A stretch of DNA of 64,000 nt from Xylophilus ampelinus. GTDB taxonomy: Bacteria > Pseudomonadota > Gammaproteobacteria > Burkholderiales > Burkholderiaceae_C. A program made the position numbers and the translations under genes. Below the pieces are notes generated by a model. It saw only the letters and a program-made list of their open reading frames with translations, made no database searches and was not told the origin of the DNA. Positions within the stretch are counted from its first letter, which is position 1. Each line of letters opens with the position of its first letter. Location of the stretch: contig JAQIJO010000002.1 of NCBI GenBank assembly GCA_036946225.1, forward strand, positions 377,386-441,385. The letters run 5' to 3'. Below, one piece after another: positions 1-9,131 of the stretch.

Positions 1-334
1 CAGCGTCCATCCGCTCGCCGCCGACGCGCTGCTGGTCTTCTTCGGCCTCAGCCCCAAGCTCGGGCCGGTCGCCGAATGGGGCCTGGCGATGGAGCGCAAG
101 CAGCTCGTGGTCGACCCGTCCGACTTCGGCACCGGCGTGCCGGGCATCTTCGCGGTCGGCGACATCAACACCTATCCCGGCAAGAAGAAGCTGCTGGTCA
201 GCGGATTCCACGAGTGCGCGCTGGCCGCCTTCGGCGCGGCGCGCCACCTCCAGGGCCGCGAACCGCTGCTGCAGTACACCACCACCAGCAGCCGGCTGCA
301 CGCCCTGCTCGGCGTCGGCGGCACGCCCCGCTAG
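1..334 (+). CDS. ferredoxin-NADP+ reductase (thioredoxin-reductase-like type), C-terminal part; 5' end lies outside the window
   Basis: Frame 2 reads [77 protein letters not shown]..., stop at 332-334. The GxFAxGD motif and tail are typical of TrxB-like Fd-NADP reductases. Confidence 0.75.
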   Translation, partial: SVHPLAADALLVFFGLSPKLGPVAEWGLAMERKQLVVDPSDFGTGVPGIFAVGDINTYPGKKKLLVSGFHECALAAFGAARHLQGREPLLQYTTTSSRLHALLGVGGTPR

Positions 335-390
335 CGCCCCGCGCCGCAGTCCCGGCCACCGTCCCTCCGACCCTTCCCCGCCGCGCCACG

Positions 391-1590
391 ATGGACCCCG
401 TGCAGGAAATCCTCCGTTACAACGCGGGCCGCGATCCGGAACGGCTGCGGCTCAAGTACGCCCGCATGCGCGGCGATCCCTTCGTCTTCCTGCGCGGCGC
501 GTGCCACCTGTTCTACGCCCGCCTGCCGATCGAGGGGATCTTCGCCACGGCCCCGCCGGCCTGGTGCTGCGGCGACCTGCACCTGGAGAACTTCGGCAGC
601 TACAAGGGCGACAACCGGCTGGTCTACTTCGACCTCAACGATTTCGACGAGGCCGCGCTCGCGCCGGCGGTCTGGGACCCGGTCCGCCTGCTGGCGAGCC
701 TGCGCGTCGGCGGCGCCGGCCTCGGACTCGACCCGGCCGCCGTCGAGGACCTCTGCCGCGCCTTCGTCGCCGCCTACGCCGACGCGCTGGCGGGAGGCAA
801 GGCTTCGTGGATCGAGAGCCGGACGGCCGAAGGCCTGGTGCGCGGACTGCTGGACGGCCTCGAGGACCGTCCGCGCGCCGCCTTCCTCGACAGCCGCACC
901 GTGCTCAAGGGAAAGCACCGCGCGCTGCGCACCGACGGCCGCAAGGCGCTCCCGGCCTCCGAGGCGCAGCGGGCGCGGGTCGATCGCTTCCTGGAGGCGT
1001 TCGCCCGCGGCCAGGACCGGCCGGAATTCTTCCGCGTCCTCGACGTCGCCCGGCGGATCGCCGGCACCGGCAGCCTGGGGGTGGACCGGTACGTGTTGCT
1101 GGTGGAAGGCCGGGGCTCGCCCGACGGCAACCACCTGCTCGACCTCAAGCAGGCCCTGCCGTCGTCGCTGGCGCCGCGCCTGGTGACGCCCCAGCCCCGC
1201 TGGGCGTCCGAGGCCGAGCGGGTGGTCGCGGCGCAACGGCGGATCCAGGCGGTGCCCATGGCCTTCCTGCAGGCGGCGGACCTCGACGGCACGCCGTACG
1301 TGCTGCGCGGCCTGCAGCCCGCCGAGGACCGCATCGCGCTCGACGGCGCCCGCCAGCGCAGGTCGGACATGCGCGGCCTGGCGCAGACCATGGGCCGCCT
1401 GGTCGCCTGGGGCCAGCTGCGCGGCAGCGGCCGGCAGGGCTCCGCCACCGCCGACGCGCTCATCGATTTCGCCACCGGCGCCGGATGGCGCGATGCGCTG
1501 CAGGCCGCCGGATCGGACATGGCGCGGCGGACCCAGGAGGACGCTGCGGCGTTCGACGCGGCCTACGACGACGGCGCGTTCCGCATCTGA
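391..1590 (+). CDS. DUF2252 domain-containing protein
   Basis: ATG at 391 inside ORF 76..1590. MDPVQEILRYNAGRDPERLRLKYARMRGDPFVFLRGACHLFY...CGDLHLENFG...FDLNDFDE is the characteristic DUF2252 signature. The upstream part of the ORF is Arg/Pro-rich, a high-GC artefact. Confidence 0.7.
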   Translation: MDPVQEILRYNAGRDPERLRLKYARMRGDPFVFLRGACHLFYARLPIEGIFATAPPAWCCGDLHLENFGSYKGDNRLVYFDLNDFDEAALAPAVWDPVRLLASLRVGGAGLGLDPAAVEDLCRAFVAAYADALAGGKASWIESRTAEGLVRGLLDGLEDRPRAAFLDSRTVLKGKHRALRTDGRKALPASEAQRARVDRFLEAFARGQDRPEFFRVLDVARRIAGTGSLGVDRYVLLVEGRGSPDGNHLLDLKQALPSSLAPRLVTPQPRWASEAERVVAAQRRIQAVPMAFLQAADLDGTPYVLRGLQPAEDRIALDGARQRRSDMRGLAQTMGRLVAWGQLRGSGRQGSATADALIDFATGAGWRDALQAAGSDMARRTQEDAAAFDAAYDDGAFRI

Positions 1591-1708
1591 GCCGCCGCGC
1601 CCCCCGGCCGGACCGCCGCGGTCGCGTGCGCAGGACGGGCGCCGGCCGCACGCCGCCGGGCGCGCGGCCGCGCCGGCATCCGACCCTGCCCCGGACGGCG
1701 CTCCCGGA

Positions 1709-2599
1709 CTACCGCGCGGGCGCTGCGGCTTCGCCGACGATGCGCATCGGCCGCGGCGCGTGGCCGTGGTTGAGCGGACCGTGGCCCCGCCCGGTGCGCA
1801 CCGCGGCGCCGGAGGCGATGGCCGCGAGCACGTAGTCCCGCGCGTCGCCGAAGGCCTGCGCCAGGTCCGCGCCCAGGGCCAGGCCGGCCGCGATGGCCGA
1901 CGACAGGGTGCAGCCGGTGCCGTGCAGGTTGCCGCTGGCGATCCGGTCGGAGGCCCGGCGCAGCCGCAGCCCGTCGGCCGTGGCCAGCAGGTCCACCACG
2001 CGCTCGCCCGGCAGGTGGCCGCCCTTGACCAGCACCGCCCGCGCGCCCAGCGCCAGCAGCGCGTCCGCCGCGCCGTCGAGGTCGTCGACGCTGCGGATCG
2101 GGCGGCCCAGCAGCAGCCCGGCCTCGTCGAGGTTGGGGGTGACCAGCGCCACGCGGCCGAAGAGCCGGCGCACCAGGGCGTCGACGGTGCCCGGGGCGAT
2201 CAGCCGGTCGCCGCTGGTGGCGATCATCACGGGATCCAGCACCACCCGCTCCAGCCGGTGGCGTTCGATGGCGTCGGCCACCGCCTCGACGATCTCGGTC
2301 GTGTGCAGCATGCCGATCTTGACCGCGTCCACGCCGATGTCCTCGACCACCGCGTCGATCTGCGCCGCGAGGACGGGCGCGGGGATGCTGTGGATGCCGC
2401 GCACGCCCACCGTGTTCTGCACCGTCACCGCGGTGATGGCGGTCATGCCGTAGCAGCCGAAGGCGCCGAAGGTCTTGAGGTCGGCCTGGATGCCGGCGCC
2501 TCCACCGCTGTCGGAGCCGGCGATGGACAGCACGCGCGGATACCGGAGAGCGGCGGACGGGCCGCCGGAAGGGAGATTCGAATCGGGAGACGGGATCAT
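1709..2599 (-). CDS. thiD: hydroxymethylpyrimidine/phosphomethylpyrimidine kinase
   Basis: Start ATG (cat at 2597-2599) gives MIPSPDSNLPSGG...RVLSIAGSDSGGGAGIQADLKTFGAFGCYGMTAITAVTVQNT..., a classic ThiD N-terminus. The C-terminus reads ...GHGPLNH. The rest of ORF 1709..3235 upstream is artefactual. Confidence 0.9.
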   Translation of the reverse strand: MIPSPDSNLPSGGPSAALRYPRVLSIAGSDSGGGAGIQADLKTFGAFGCYGMTAITAVTVQNTVGVRGIHSIPAPVLAAQIDAVVEDIGVDAVKIGMLHTTEIVEAVADAIERHRLERVVLDPVMIATSGDRLIAPGTVDALVRRLFGRVALVTPNLDEAGLLLGRPIRSVDDLDGAADALLALGARAVLVKGGHLPGERVVDLLATADGLRLRRASDRIASGNLHGTGCTLSSAIAAGLALGADLAQAFGDARDYVLAAIASGAAVRTGRGHGPLNHGHAPRPMRIVGEAAAPAR

Positions 2600-2772
2600 G
2601 CGAAAAATTATGCGCCAGCGGCAGGGTATGCTTTCGGGTTGCGCCGCGGATGCCCGGCGCCGGCGCCCGGCTCCGGCGCGGTGCGGGCCGGAGCCGGCCT
2701 TCGCCGCACCGGGCGCTCCCGCGCCGGCCCGGCCGCCGGGCTGCGCCGCCCCTTCCTTCGCGTATGCCATCC

Positions 2773-3909
2773 ATGACCATCGAATCCCCCGGCGCCTCCG
2801 TCCGCCCGTCCGCCGTCGTCCTGGGCGCGGGACTGATGGGACGCCTGATCGCCTTCGCCCTCGCCCGGCGCGGCCATGCCGTGCGGATCCACGAGGCCGG
2901 CGGAGCGGACGGACAGGGCGCCGCCGCCCGGGTCGCGGCGGCCATGCTGGCGCCGCTGGCCGAGTCGGCGGTGACCGAGCCGCCGGTGGTCCGCATGGGC
3001 CACCACGCGCTCGCGCGGTGGCCGCAACTGCTCGCGGAACTCGCGGACGTCCTCGGCCCGGCGGCCGCGCCGGTCTTCTTCCAGCGCGAAGGCACGGTGA
3101 TCGTCTGGCATCGCCAGGACGCCGCCGAGGCCGACCGGCTCGGCCGCCAGCTGCGCGCCAACCAGCAGGCCCTGCCCGCGCTTCCCGCGCCGCAGGCGCT
3201 GGACGCGGCGGCGCTCGGCGCGCTGGAGCCGGCACTGCGCGGCCGGTTCTCCCACGGCCTCTACCTGCCCGGCGAGGGCCAGCTCGACAACCGACGGCTG
3301 CTGGCCGCGCTCGGCGAGGCGCTGGATCGGCTGGGCGTGCCCATCGACTGGAACAGCCCGCGCGCGCCCGAGGACTTCCCCGCCGGCGCGCCCGACGCGC
3401 CCGGCTGGGTCGTCGACTGCCGCGGTCTGGGCGCGCGCCCGCAGCTCGCGAACCTGCGGGGCGTGCGGGGCGAGGTGATCCGCGTCCACGCGCCCGAGGT
3501 GGACCTGCGGCGGCCGACCCGGCTGGTGCACCCGCGCTATCCGCTCTACATCGCGCCCAAGGAAGACCATCTGTTCGTCATCGGCGCGACCGAGATCGAA
3601 TCCGAGGACGACTCCCCGCCCAGCGTGCGCTCCACGCTCGAACTGCTGAGCGCCGCCTACACGGTCCACAGCGGCTTCGCCGAGGCGCGCATCGTCGAGA
3701 TCGCCACCCAGCGCCGCCCCGCGCTGCCGGACAACCTGCCCGCCCTCGTTTCCCCGCGCCCGGGCGTGCTGCAGATCAACGGCCTCTACCGCCACGGCTT
3801 CATGATCTCGCCGGCGCTGCTGGACGTCGCGCTCGAATGGCTCGACACCGGCCGCTCCGGCCTGGCCGCCGCCTTCCCCCTGGACGTTCCGCCCCCACCT
3901 GCCGCCTGA
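2773..3909 (+). CDS. thiO: glycine oxidase ThiO (FAD-dependent)
   Basis: MTIESPG..SAVVLGAGLMGRLIAFALARRGHAV is a dinucleotide-binding GxGxxG fold. It sits immediately upstream of thiS-thiG-thiE. An alternative ATG lies at 2764. Confidence 0.85.
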   Translation: MTIESPGASVRPSAVVLGAGLMGRLIAFALARRGHAVRIHEAGGADGQGAAARVAAAMLAPLAESAVTEPPVVRMGHHALARWPQLLAELADVLGPAAAPVFFQREGTVIVWHRQDAAEADRLGRQLRANQQALPALPAPQALDAAALGALEPALRGRFSHGLYLPGEGQLDNRRLLAALGEALDRLGVPIDWNSPRAPEDFPAGAPDAPGWVVDCRGLGARPQLANLRGVRGEVIRVHAPEVDLRRPTRLVHPRYPLYIAPKEDHLFVIGATEIESEDDSPPSVRSTLELLSAAYTVHSGFAEARIVEIATQRRPALPDNLPALVSPRPGVLQINGLYRHGFMISPALLDVALEWLDTGRSGLAAAFPLDVPPPPAA

Positions 3910-3932
3910 CGACCCGCCGGACGAATTCCGCC

Positions 3933-4130
3933 ATGCGCATCCTGATCAACCAGCAACCCCACGACTGCCCCGAAGGCGCGACGCTCGCCGACGCCATCGC
4001 CCTGCTCCGGCCCGGCGGCCCGTTCGCCGCGGCGGTCAACGCCGTCTTCGTCCCGCGCTCCCGCTACGCCCTGCATCCGCTGCAGGACGGCGACCGCGTC
4101 GAAGTGATCGCGCCGGTCACCGGCGGCTGA
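3933..4130 (+). CDS. thiS: sulfur carrier protein ThiS
   Basis: 65-aa product MRILINQQPHDCPEGATLADAIALL...DGDRVEVIAPVTGG. It ends in the GG typical of ThiS/MoaD-fold carriers and lies between thiO and thiG. Confidence 0.9.
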   Translation: MRILINQQPHDCPEGATLADAIALLRPGGPFAAAVNAVFVPRSRYALHPLQDGDRVEVIAPVTGG

Positions 4131-4163
4131 GCGCCGCGCCCCCGCCCTCCCGTCACGTCCGCC

Positions 4164-5012
4164 ATGCACCCCCTGCCTGAACCTTCCCCCTCCGATCCGC
4201 TCGTCCTCTACGGCGAAACCTTCGCCTCCCGGCTGCTGCTGGGCACCTCGCGCTATCCCTCGCCGCGCGTCCTGGAATCCGCCATCCTGCGGGCGCGGCC
4301 GGCGATGCTGACCGCGTCCCTGCGCCGGCAGCAGGGCGCGGCGCCGCTGGGCGGCTCGGGCGAGACGCCCAACGCCTTCTGGGACCTGCTCCGGCGCATG
4401 GACGTGCCGGTGCTGCCCAACACCGCCGGCTGCCACAGCGTGCAGGAAGCGGTCACCACCGCGCAGATGGCGCGCGAGGTCTTCGAGACGCCGTGGATCA
4501 AGCTCGAGCTGATCGGCGACGACTACACCCTCCAGCCCGACACGCTGCAGCTCGTCGAGGCCGCCGGGCAGCTCATCCGGGACGGCTTCAAGGTGCTGCC
4601 CTACTGCACCGAGGATCTGGTGGTCTGCCAGCGCCTGGTGGACGTGGGGTGCCAGGCGGTCATGCCCTGGGCCGCGCCCATCGGCACCGGCCGCGGGCCG
4701 GTCAACCCCTACGCGATGCGGATCCTGCGCGAGCGGCTGCCGGTGCCGATGCTGGTGGACGCCGGCCTGGGCCTGCCCTCGCACGCCTGCCAGGTGATGG
4801 AATGGGGCTACGACGGCGTGCTGCTCAACACCGCGGTCGCCCTGGCCCGGGACCCGGTCGCGATGGCGGGCGCCTTCGCCGATGCGGTGCAGGCCGGACG
4901 CAGCGCGCACCGTGCGGGCGCGATGAGCGCCCAGGACGCGGCCCAGCCGAGCACCCCGGTGCTGGGCACGCCCTTCTGGCACCAGGACGCGCCGGGAGCC
5001 GGCAATGGCTGA
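4164..5012 (+). CDS. thiG: thiazole synthase
   Basis: ...[15 protein letters not shown]...[42 protein letters not shown]...[14 protein letters not shown]...[14 protein letters not shown]... is a strongly conserved ThiG sequence. Confidence 0.95.
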   Translation: MHPLPEPSPSDPLVLYGETFASRLLLGTSRYPSPRVLESAILRARPAMLTASLRRQQGAAPLGGSGETPNAFWDLLRRMDVPVLPNTAGCHSVQEAVTTAQMAREVFETPWIKLELIGDDYTLQPDTLQLVEAAGQLIRDGFKVLPYCTEDLVVCQRLVDVGCQAVMPWAAPIGTGRGPVNPYAMRILRERLPVPMLVDAGLGLPSHACQVMEWGYDGVLLNTAVALARDPVAMAGAFADAVQAGRSAHRAGAMSAQDAAQPSTPVLGTPFWHQDAPGAGNG

Positions 5013-6039
5013 GCGGACGCAGGAACTGGGATCGGCGGCGGAGGTCCGGCGCCTCGCCTGCGCCCTCGCCGCGCACCATGCGCCGGTCTTCTGCGATCCC
5101 GCGACCGGCGGGGTGCGGGTGGACGACGTCGGCGACGCGGTCGATCGGGCGTTGCGCGAATCGGTCGATGCGCCGCGCGCGGAGGGACGGACGCCGGCCT
5201 GGCGGGCGGCGCGCGCCGGATGCCGGGCGCTGGGGTTCGTCCCGCGCGACGCGGACTGCCTCGCCGACGCCTGGGAAGCCTCGGCCGCGCGGCGCGGCGC
5301 CTTCGCGCCCGACCGCTGGCCGGACGCGCCTGCGGATTTCGGCCTCCCCGTCCGGCCCCGCGGCGGCACATTCCCCGCGCACCCCGACCGGACCGGGCTG
5401 TACGCGGTGCTGCCCGATGCCGCCTGGGTCGGCCGGATGGCCCGGGTGGGCGTGCCGGTGGTGCAACTGCGATTCAAGTCGGAGGACGCGGTCGCCGTCG
5501 CGCGCGAGGTCCGCGCGGCGGTGGACGCGGTGCGCGGCACCGGTGCCCTGCTCTACGTCAACGACCACTGGCAGCAGGCGCTCGACGCCGGCGCCTACGG
5601 CATCCACCTGGGCCAGGAAGACCTCGACGCCCTGCCCGCCCACGCGTTCGACCGGATGCGCAGCGCCGGCCTGCGCCTCGGCCTCAGCACCCACGGCTAC
5701 GCGGAAATGGTCCGCGCCGAACGCGCCGGCCCCAGCTACATCGCGCTCGGCGCCGTCTACCCGACGACGCTAAAGAAGATGGAGACGGCGCCCCAGGGCG
5801 TGGCCCGCCTGGGCGCCTACGCCCGGCTCCTGCAGGCCGTGGGGACGCCGCAGGTCGCGATCGGCGGCATCGACGCCCGGCGCCTGCCCGAGGCGCTCGC
5901 CACCGGCGCCGGCGCGATCGCGGTGGTGCGCGCGCTGGTCGCTGCGGATTCTCCGGAGGCCGAGGCCGAAAAGCTCCAGGAAATGTGTCATAATTTTTGG
6001 ATCGGCCCGGATGCGGACCGGATGAATCGGAAACCTTGA
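5005..6039 (+). CDS. thiE: thiamine-phosphate synthase with a ~130-aa N-terminal extension
   Basis: The C-terminal ~210 aa ([28 protein letters not shown]...[25 protein letters not shown]...[11 protein letters not shown]...[13 protein letters not shown]...) are ThiE-like. The start overlaps the thiG stop by 8 nt. Long N-terminal extensions are common in Burkholderiales ThiE. Confidence 0.85.
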   Translation: MAERTQELGSAAEVRRLACALAAHHAPVFCDPATGGVRVDDVGDAVDRALRESVDAPRAEGRTPAWRAARAGCRALGFVPRDADCLADAWEASAARRGAFAPDRWPDAPADFGLPVRPRGGTFPAHPDRTGLYAVLPDAAWVGRMARVGVPVVQLRFKSEDAVAVAREVRAAVDAVRGTGALLYVNDHWQQALDAGAYGIHLGQEDLDALPAHAFDRMRSAGLRLGLSTHGYAEMVRAERAGPSYIALGAVYPTTLKKMETAPQGVARLGAYARLLQAVGTPQVAIGGIDARRLPEALATGAGAIAVVRALVAADSPEAEAEKLQEMCHNFWIGPDADRMNRKP

Positions 6040-6096
6040 CGATCGCCAGATCGACGAAAGATCCGAGGAAATTTCGGTATATAATCTAGGTCTTGT

Positions 6097-6172
6097 TCCT
6101 CAATAGCTCAGTCGGTAGAGCGCCGGACTGTTAATCCGTAGGTCCCTGGTTCGAGCCCAGGTTGAGGAGCCA
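6097..6172 (+). tRNA. tRNA-Asn (anticodon GTT)
   Basis: TCCTCAATAGCTCAGTCGGTAGAGCGCCGGACTGTTAATCCGTAGGTCCCTGGTTCGAGCCCAGGTTGAGGAGCCA. The 7-bp acceptor stem is TCCTCAA/TTGAGGA and the anticodon loop is CTGTTAA. The T-arm GGTTCGAGCCC and an encoded CCA are present. Confidence 0.95.
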
Positions 6173-6200
6173 AAGCTAAGTTGCTGTCACAGCAAGGAAA

Positions 6201-6236
6201 ACCCGCTAGCCGAAAGGCCAGCGGGTTTTTTCTTTT
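6201..6236 (+). terminator. rho-independent terminator downstream of tRNA-Asn
   Basis: ACCCGCTAGCC-GAAA-GGCCAGCGGGT forms an 11-bp stem with one mismatch and a GAAA loop. It is followed by TTTTTTCTTTT. Confidence 0.75.
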
Positions 6237-6374
6237 GACATCGTTGTTCGGACTTTGTCACGATCCAAAAATCTCTCGTTTTCGATGAGGCTCGGCCCGA
6301 CAGATGTGTGTGAGGTAGAACCACTCCAAGTGGTGGAAGCAGCCGGAGGCGGGACCTCATAGGAAGGCGACCGG

Positions 6375-6737
6375 TCAGCATCGCCAGGGGCTGAGAACCT
6401 GTCCCAGCGCCGCCATGAAGAACTGCGGCCGGTTACCGAACGCCGTGAACGCCTGCTGCAACGCCGCCTGGTCGACCCGACGGAGGCTGGGACGATGGTC
6501 TTCGATCGAGGTCGCCACATGGTCGATGAAATCCGGTGCCAACGGAGGCATGCGCTGGATCTGTAAGCCGCAGAACGGCGCCGCTGCCGTATTCACCTAC
6601 CGCAGCAGCTTGTCCCGATCCAAGCTCGACATGGCGAGCACCAGGTTGACCACGCCCGGCTGGTTGAGCTGGTCCCGCGAAGACTTGAGCGCCGTCATCG
6701 CTGGGCGCAGTGACAGGGTGGCGGCGAACGCATCCAT
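6375..6737 (-). pseudogene. unassigned small gene interrupted by an in-frame TAG
   Basis: AGGAG lies 6 nt upstream of the ATG at 6737. The product reads MDAFAATLSLRPAMTALKSSRDQLNQPGVVNLVLAMSSLDRDKLLR, then TAG (6597-6599), then continues in frame as VNTAAAPFCGLQIQRMPPLAPDFIDHVATSIEDHRPSLRRVDQAALQQAF...WRC. No family recognised. Confidence 0.3.
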
Positions 6738-6910
6738 CAAACTCTCCTGATGTCGCTACAGGCCATCCCGGCCAGGCTGTCACATCAAGCATCCGATGGG
6801 CGCATTCGCCGGGGTGATGGGTCGCGTCGCCGATGCCACCGGCGAGTGGCGGTTTAAATCAGCGCCGAGAATTCCGCAACTTGATCTTGATCTGCTGTCG
6901 CGCGCCATCT

Positions 6911-7897
6911 TGAGGTCCCCTCGAATTCCTGATCCAGTCAGAAGTAGAGGTTGGGGAACAGTTTCGCACGGTACTCGACCGGCGGTATGCGGCCGAGGGC
7001 CTCATGAGGCCGGTGATGGTTGTAGCGGTGCAGCCAGTCGGCCGTCATGTCACGCACTTCCTGTAGGCTGTCGAAGACGTAGCAGTCGAGCACCTCGGTG
7101 CGGTAGGTCTTGTTGAAGCGTTCGGCATAGGCGTTCTGCGTGGGTTTGCCAGGCTGGATGTGCTGCAGGGCGATGCCCTTGCTGTGCGCCCACTGGGCCA
7201 AGGCATGGGCGATGAACTCCGGACCGTTGTCCAGCCGGATCGACAGCGGCGCACCCCGGACTTCCACCAACTCGTTCAAAGCCCGGATGACACGTGAAGC
7301 CGGCAAGCTCGTGTCGATCTCGATGCGAAGGCCTTCGCGGTTGAACTCGTCGATGACGTTGAAGGTCCGGAACCGTCGCCCCGACCAAAGCGCATCGGCC
7401 ATGAAGTCGCAACTCCAGCCCTGGTTGGGCTGGCGTGCAGCCTGCAGAGGCTGCTTGATACGTGCGGGCAGGCGCTTCTTGCCGCGCAGCGGCAGGTTCA
7501 GCCGCAACTCGCAGTACACGCGCCAGAGAACGCTCTTGCCCTGGTGACGGGCGCTGTCGTACAGCAGCCCGAAGCCGTGGCGCGGGTTGAACGCCATGTG
7601 CTGCTGAATGAAAGTGATGACCCAGAGTCGTCGCGTGCGGCAGGTCGATACCGCAGCGTGGAGCGAGCGATGCCGCTGGCCTGGCAGGCCCAGCGCTGGC
7701 TCATGCTGTGATCGACTATGAGGGCATGCACGACCACCTCGCGACGCTCCGGGGTCAGAGCTTTCGGTCGACGACGTCCTTGAGCGCGTGGTGCATCAAC
7801 GCCAGGTCGGCGTACATGCGCTTGAGCTTGGCGTTCTCGTCCTGCAGCTGGCGCAGCTGCGACAGATGCGGCACCGTCATGCCTGAGAACTGACTCT
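6911..7897 (-). mobile_element. decayed IS3-family element (IS407/IS2-like), truncated in orfA by the neighbouring IS and frameshifted in orfB
   Basis: OrfB rve core at 6938..7597: ...[29 protein letters not shown]...[45 protein letters not shown]...[11 protein letters not shown]. The HTH part ([18 protein letters not shown]) is in another frame, with the shift near 7620. The orfA leucine-zipper tail ([32 protein letters not shown]) runs to 7897, where it is cut. The left boundary near 6911 (TGAGGTCCCC) is approximate. Confidence 0.75.
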
Positions 7898-7914
7898 GAA
7901 TCGCCCCGGTTTTT

Positions 7915-8790
7915 CTAGACACTCTTGAGCCGTTGGGAATGTCGCTGCTCGAACTCTACCGGCGATAGTCCGGCTGCCGATGAATGACGGCGTTGGGAGT
8001 TGTAGAACATCTCGATGTAGTTGAAGACATCGCTGCGTGCTTCACTGCGGGTCGTGTAGATGCGTCGGCGGATGCGTTCGCGCTTGAGCAGTTGGAAGAA
8101 GCTCTCAGCCACTGCGTTGTCGTGGCAGTTACCGCGTCGGCTCATGCTGCTGATCAGGTTATGGTCACGCAGGAAGGTCTGCCACTCGTGGCTTGTGAAT
8201 TGGCAGCCCTGATCAGAATGAATCACGACGGGTGCCTGCGGCTGGCGTCGCCATAGCGCCATCAGCAGTGCATCGAGAACCAAGCCAGTGTCGATACGGC
8301 TTGCCATGGACCACCCCACCACCTGCCTGGAGAACAGGTCGACTACGACGGCCAGATAGAGCCAGCCTTCATGGGTTCGGATGTAGGTGATGTCCGTGAC
8401 CCAGGACTGGTTAGGCTCGGCCACCGTGAACTGACGCTGCAGGTGGTTGGGCGCGACCACGGAGGGTTTGCCACCTCGCATTCCTGGTCTGCGGCCGTAG
8501 CCGGTCTGCGAGCGAAGCCCCTGTGCCTTGAGCAGACGGGCCACCCGATGCTTGCCGCAACGCTCGCCTAAATCGCGCATGTCCAGTGTCAGCTTGCGAT
8601 AGCCATAGACACCGCCACTCTCCAGCCATGCCTGCTTGAGCAAACCCAGCAGGCGCTGGTCGTCCTCGGCACGCGGGCTCTGCGGTTCTACCCTCCATGC
8701 GTAGTAGCCGCTGGGGTGGACCTGCATCACATGGCACATGCGCCGCACGCCGTAATCCTGCTCGTGCTGCTTGATGAACGCGTACCTCAC
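7915..8790 (-). CDS. IS3-family transposase OrfB (DDE/rve); expected to be made as an OrfAB fusion by -1 frameshifting
   Basis: ...PNQSWVTDITYIRTHEGWLYLAVVVDLFSRQVVGW...IHSDQGCQFTSHEW...MSRRGNCHDNAVAESFF..LK.E... is the canonical rve catalytic core (D, D, E region). Confidence 0.9.
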   Translation of the reverse strand: MRYAFIKQHEQDYGVRRMCHVMQVHPSGYYAWRVEPQSPRAEDDQRLLGLLKQAWLESGGVYGYRKLTLDMRDLGERCGKHRVARLLKAQGLRSQTGYGRRPGMRGGKPSVVAPNHLQRQFTVAEPNQSWVTDITYIRTHEGWLYLAVVVDLFSRQVVGWSMASRIDTGLVLDALLMALWRRQPQAPVVIHSDQGCQFTSHEWQTFLRDHNLISSMSRRGNCHDNAVAESFFQLLKRERIRRRIYTTRSEARSDVFNYIEMFYNSQRRHSSAAGLSPVEFEQRHSQRLKSV

Positions 8791-9068
8791 CCGGACTGCC
8801 TGGCAAAGTACGCGGCGGCCTTTTTTAGGATGTCGCGCTCCTCAGTCACTCGCTTGAGTTCGGCCTTCAACCGCCGCAGCTCCTCTGCCTGGGAGGTCTG
8901 CGACTGTCGTTCGGACGAAGGCACGGAATAAGCCTTGATCCATTTATACAGACTGTGCTGGCTTACGCCGATCCGCGCAGATACGTCGGCCACCCGGTGG
9001 CCACGCTCCGTAATCTGCTTGACCGCTTCAATCTTGAATTCTTCGGGGTATGGCTGCTTGGTCGTCAT
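8787..9068 (-). CDS. IS3-family transposase OrfA (HTH)
   Basis: MTTKQPYPEEFKIEAVKQITERGHRVADVSARIGVSQHSLYKWIKAY...LRRLKAELKRVTEERDILKKAAAYFA has the typical IS3 OrfA HTH, leucine zipper and KKAxAYFA tail. Confidence 0.9.
   Translation of the reverse strand: MTTKQPYPEEFKIEAVKQITERGHRVADVSARIGVSQHSLYKWIKAYSVPSSERQSQTSQAEELRRLKAELKRVTEERDILKKAAAYFARQSG
8820..8826 (-). promoter_or_regulatory. A AAA AAG programmed -1 ribosomal frameshift site of the IS3 element
   Basis: The minus strand reads ATC CTA AAA AAG GCC GCC GCG TAC TTT. The heptamer AAAAAAG sits at the orfA/orfB overlap, which is its usual place in the IS3 family. Confidence 0.7.
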
Positions 9069-9131
9069 GGCACCTCCTATTGGGCCTCAGGTTTGAGGCT
9101 CTAAGGTGTCTAGTACAGCCGGGGCGATTCA

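Larger units (their letters stand above)
7898..9131 (-). mobile_element. complete IS3-family insertion sequence (1234 bp)
   Basis: Terminal inverted repeats are TGAATCGCCCCGGTTTTTCTAGACAC (7898-) and the reverse complement of GTGTCTAGTACAGCCGGGGCGATTCA (-9131). The first 13 nt are identical and the ends are TG...CA. Both orfA and orfB are intact and a slippery site is present. Confidence 0.9.

Noticed and set aside
2600-2772. Possible TPP (THI-box) riboswitch in the divergent thiD-thiO spacer. Short stretches resemble the 3' part of the element: plus strand AUUAUGCGCCAGCGGCAGGG and minus strand UGGAUGGCAUACGCGAAGGAAGG.
   Set aside because: The invariant CUGAGA core is absent on both strands, and I could not draw the P2/P3 and P4/P5 helices. 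The resemblance is limited to GC-rich fragments. A cmsearch with RF00059 would settle it; a hit above threshold would overturn this rejection.
501-5540. Very long ORFs overlapping or antisense to the DUF2252 and thi genes (e.g. 501..1835+, 1563..3161-, 1493..2776+, 2475..4130+, 3786..5540-, 4493..5773+)
   Set aside because: Their products are Arg/Pro/Ala/Gly-rich low-complexity strings without motifs. They overlap genes with strong family signatures. This is typical of stop-codon-poor alternative frames in ~70% GC DNA. The same applies to similar ORFs throughout the track (e.g. 25542..26735+, 32343..33563+, 51772..53028+, 61601..62536+).
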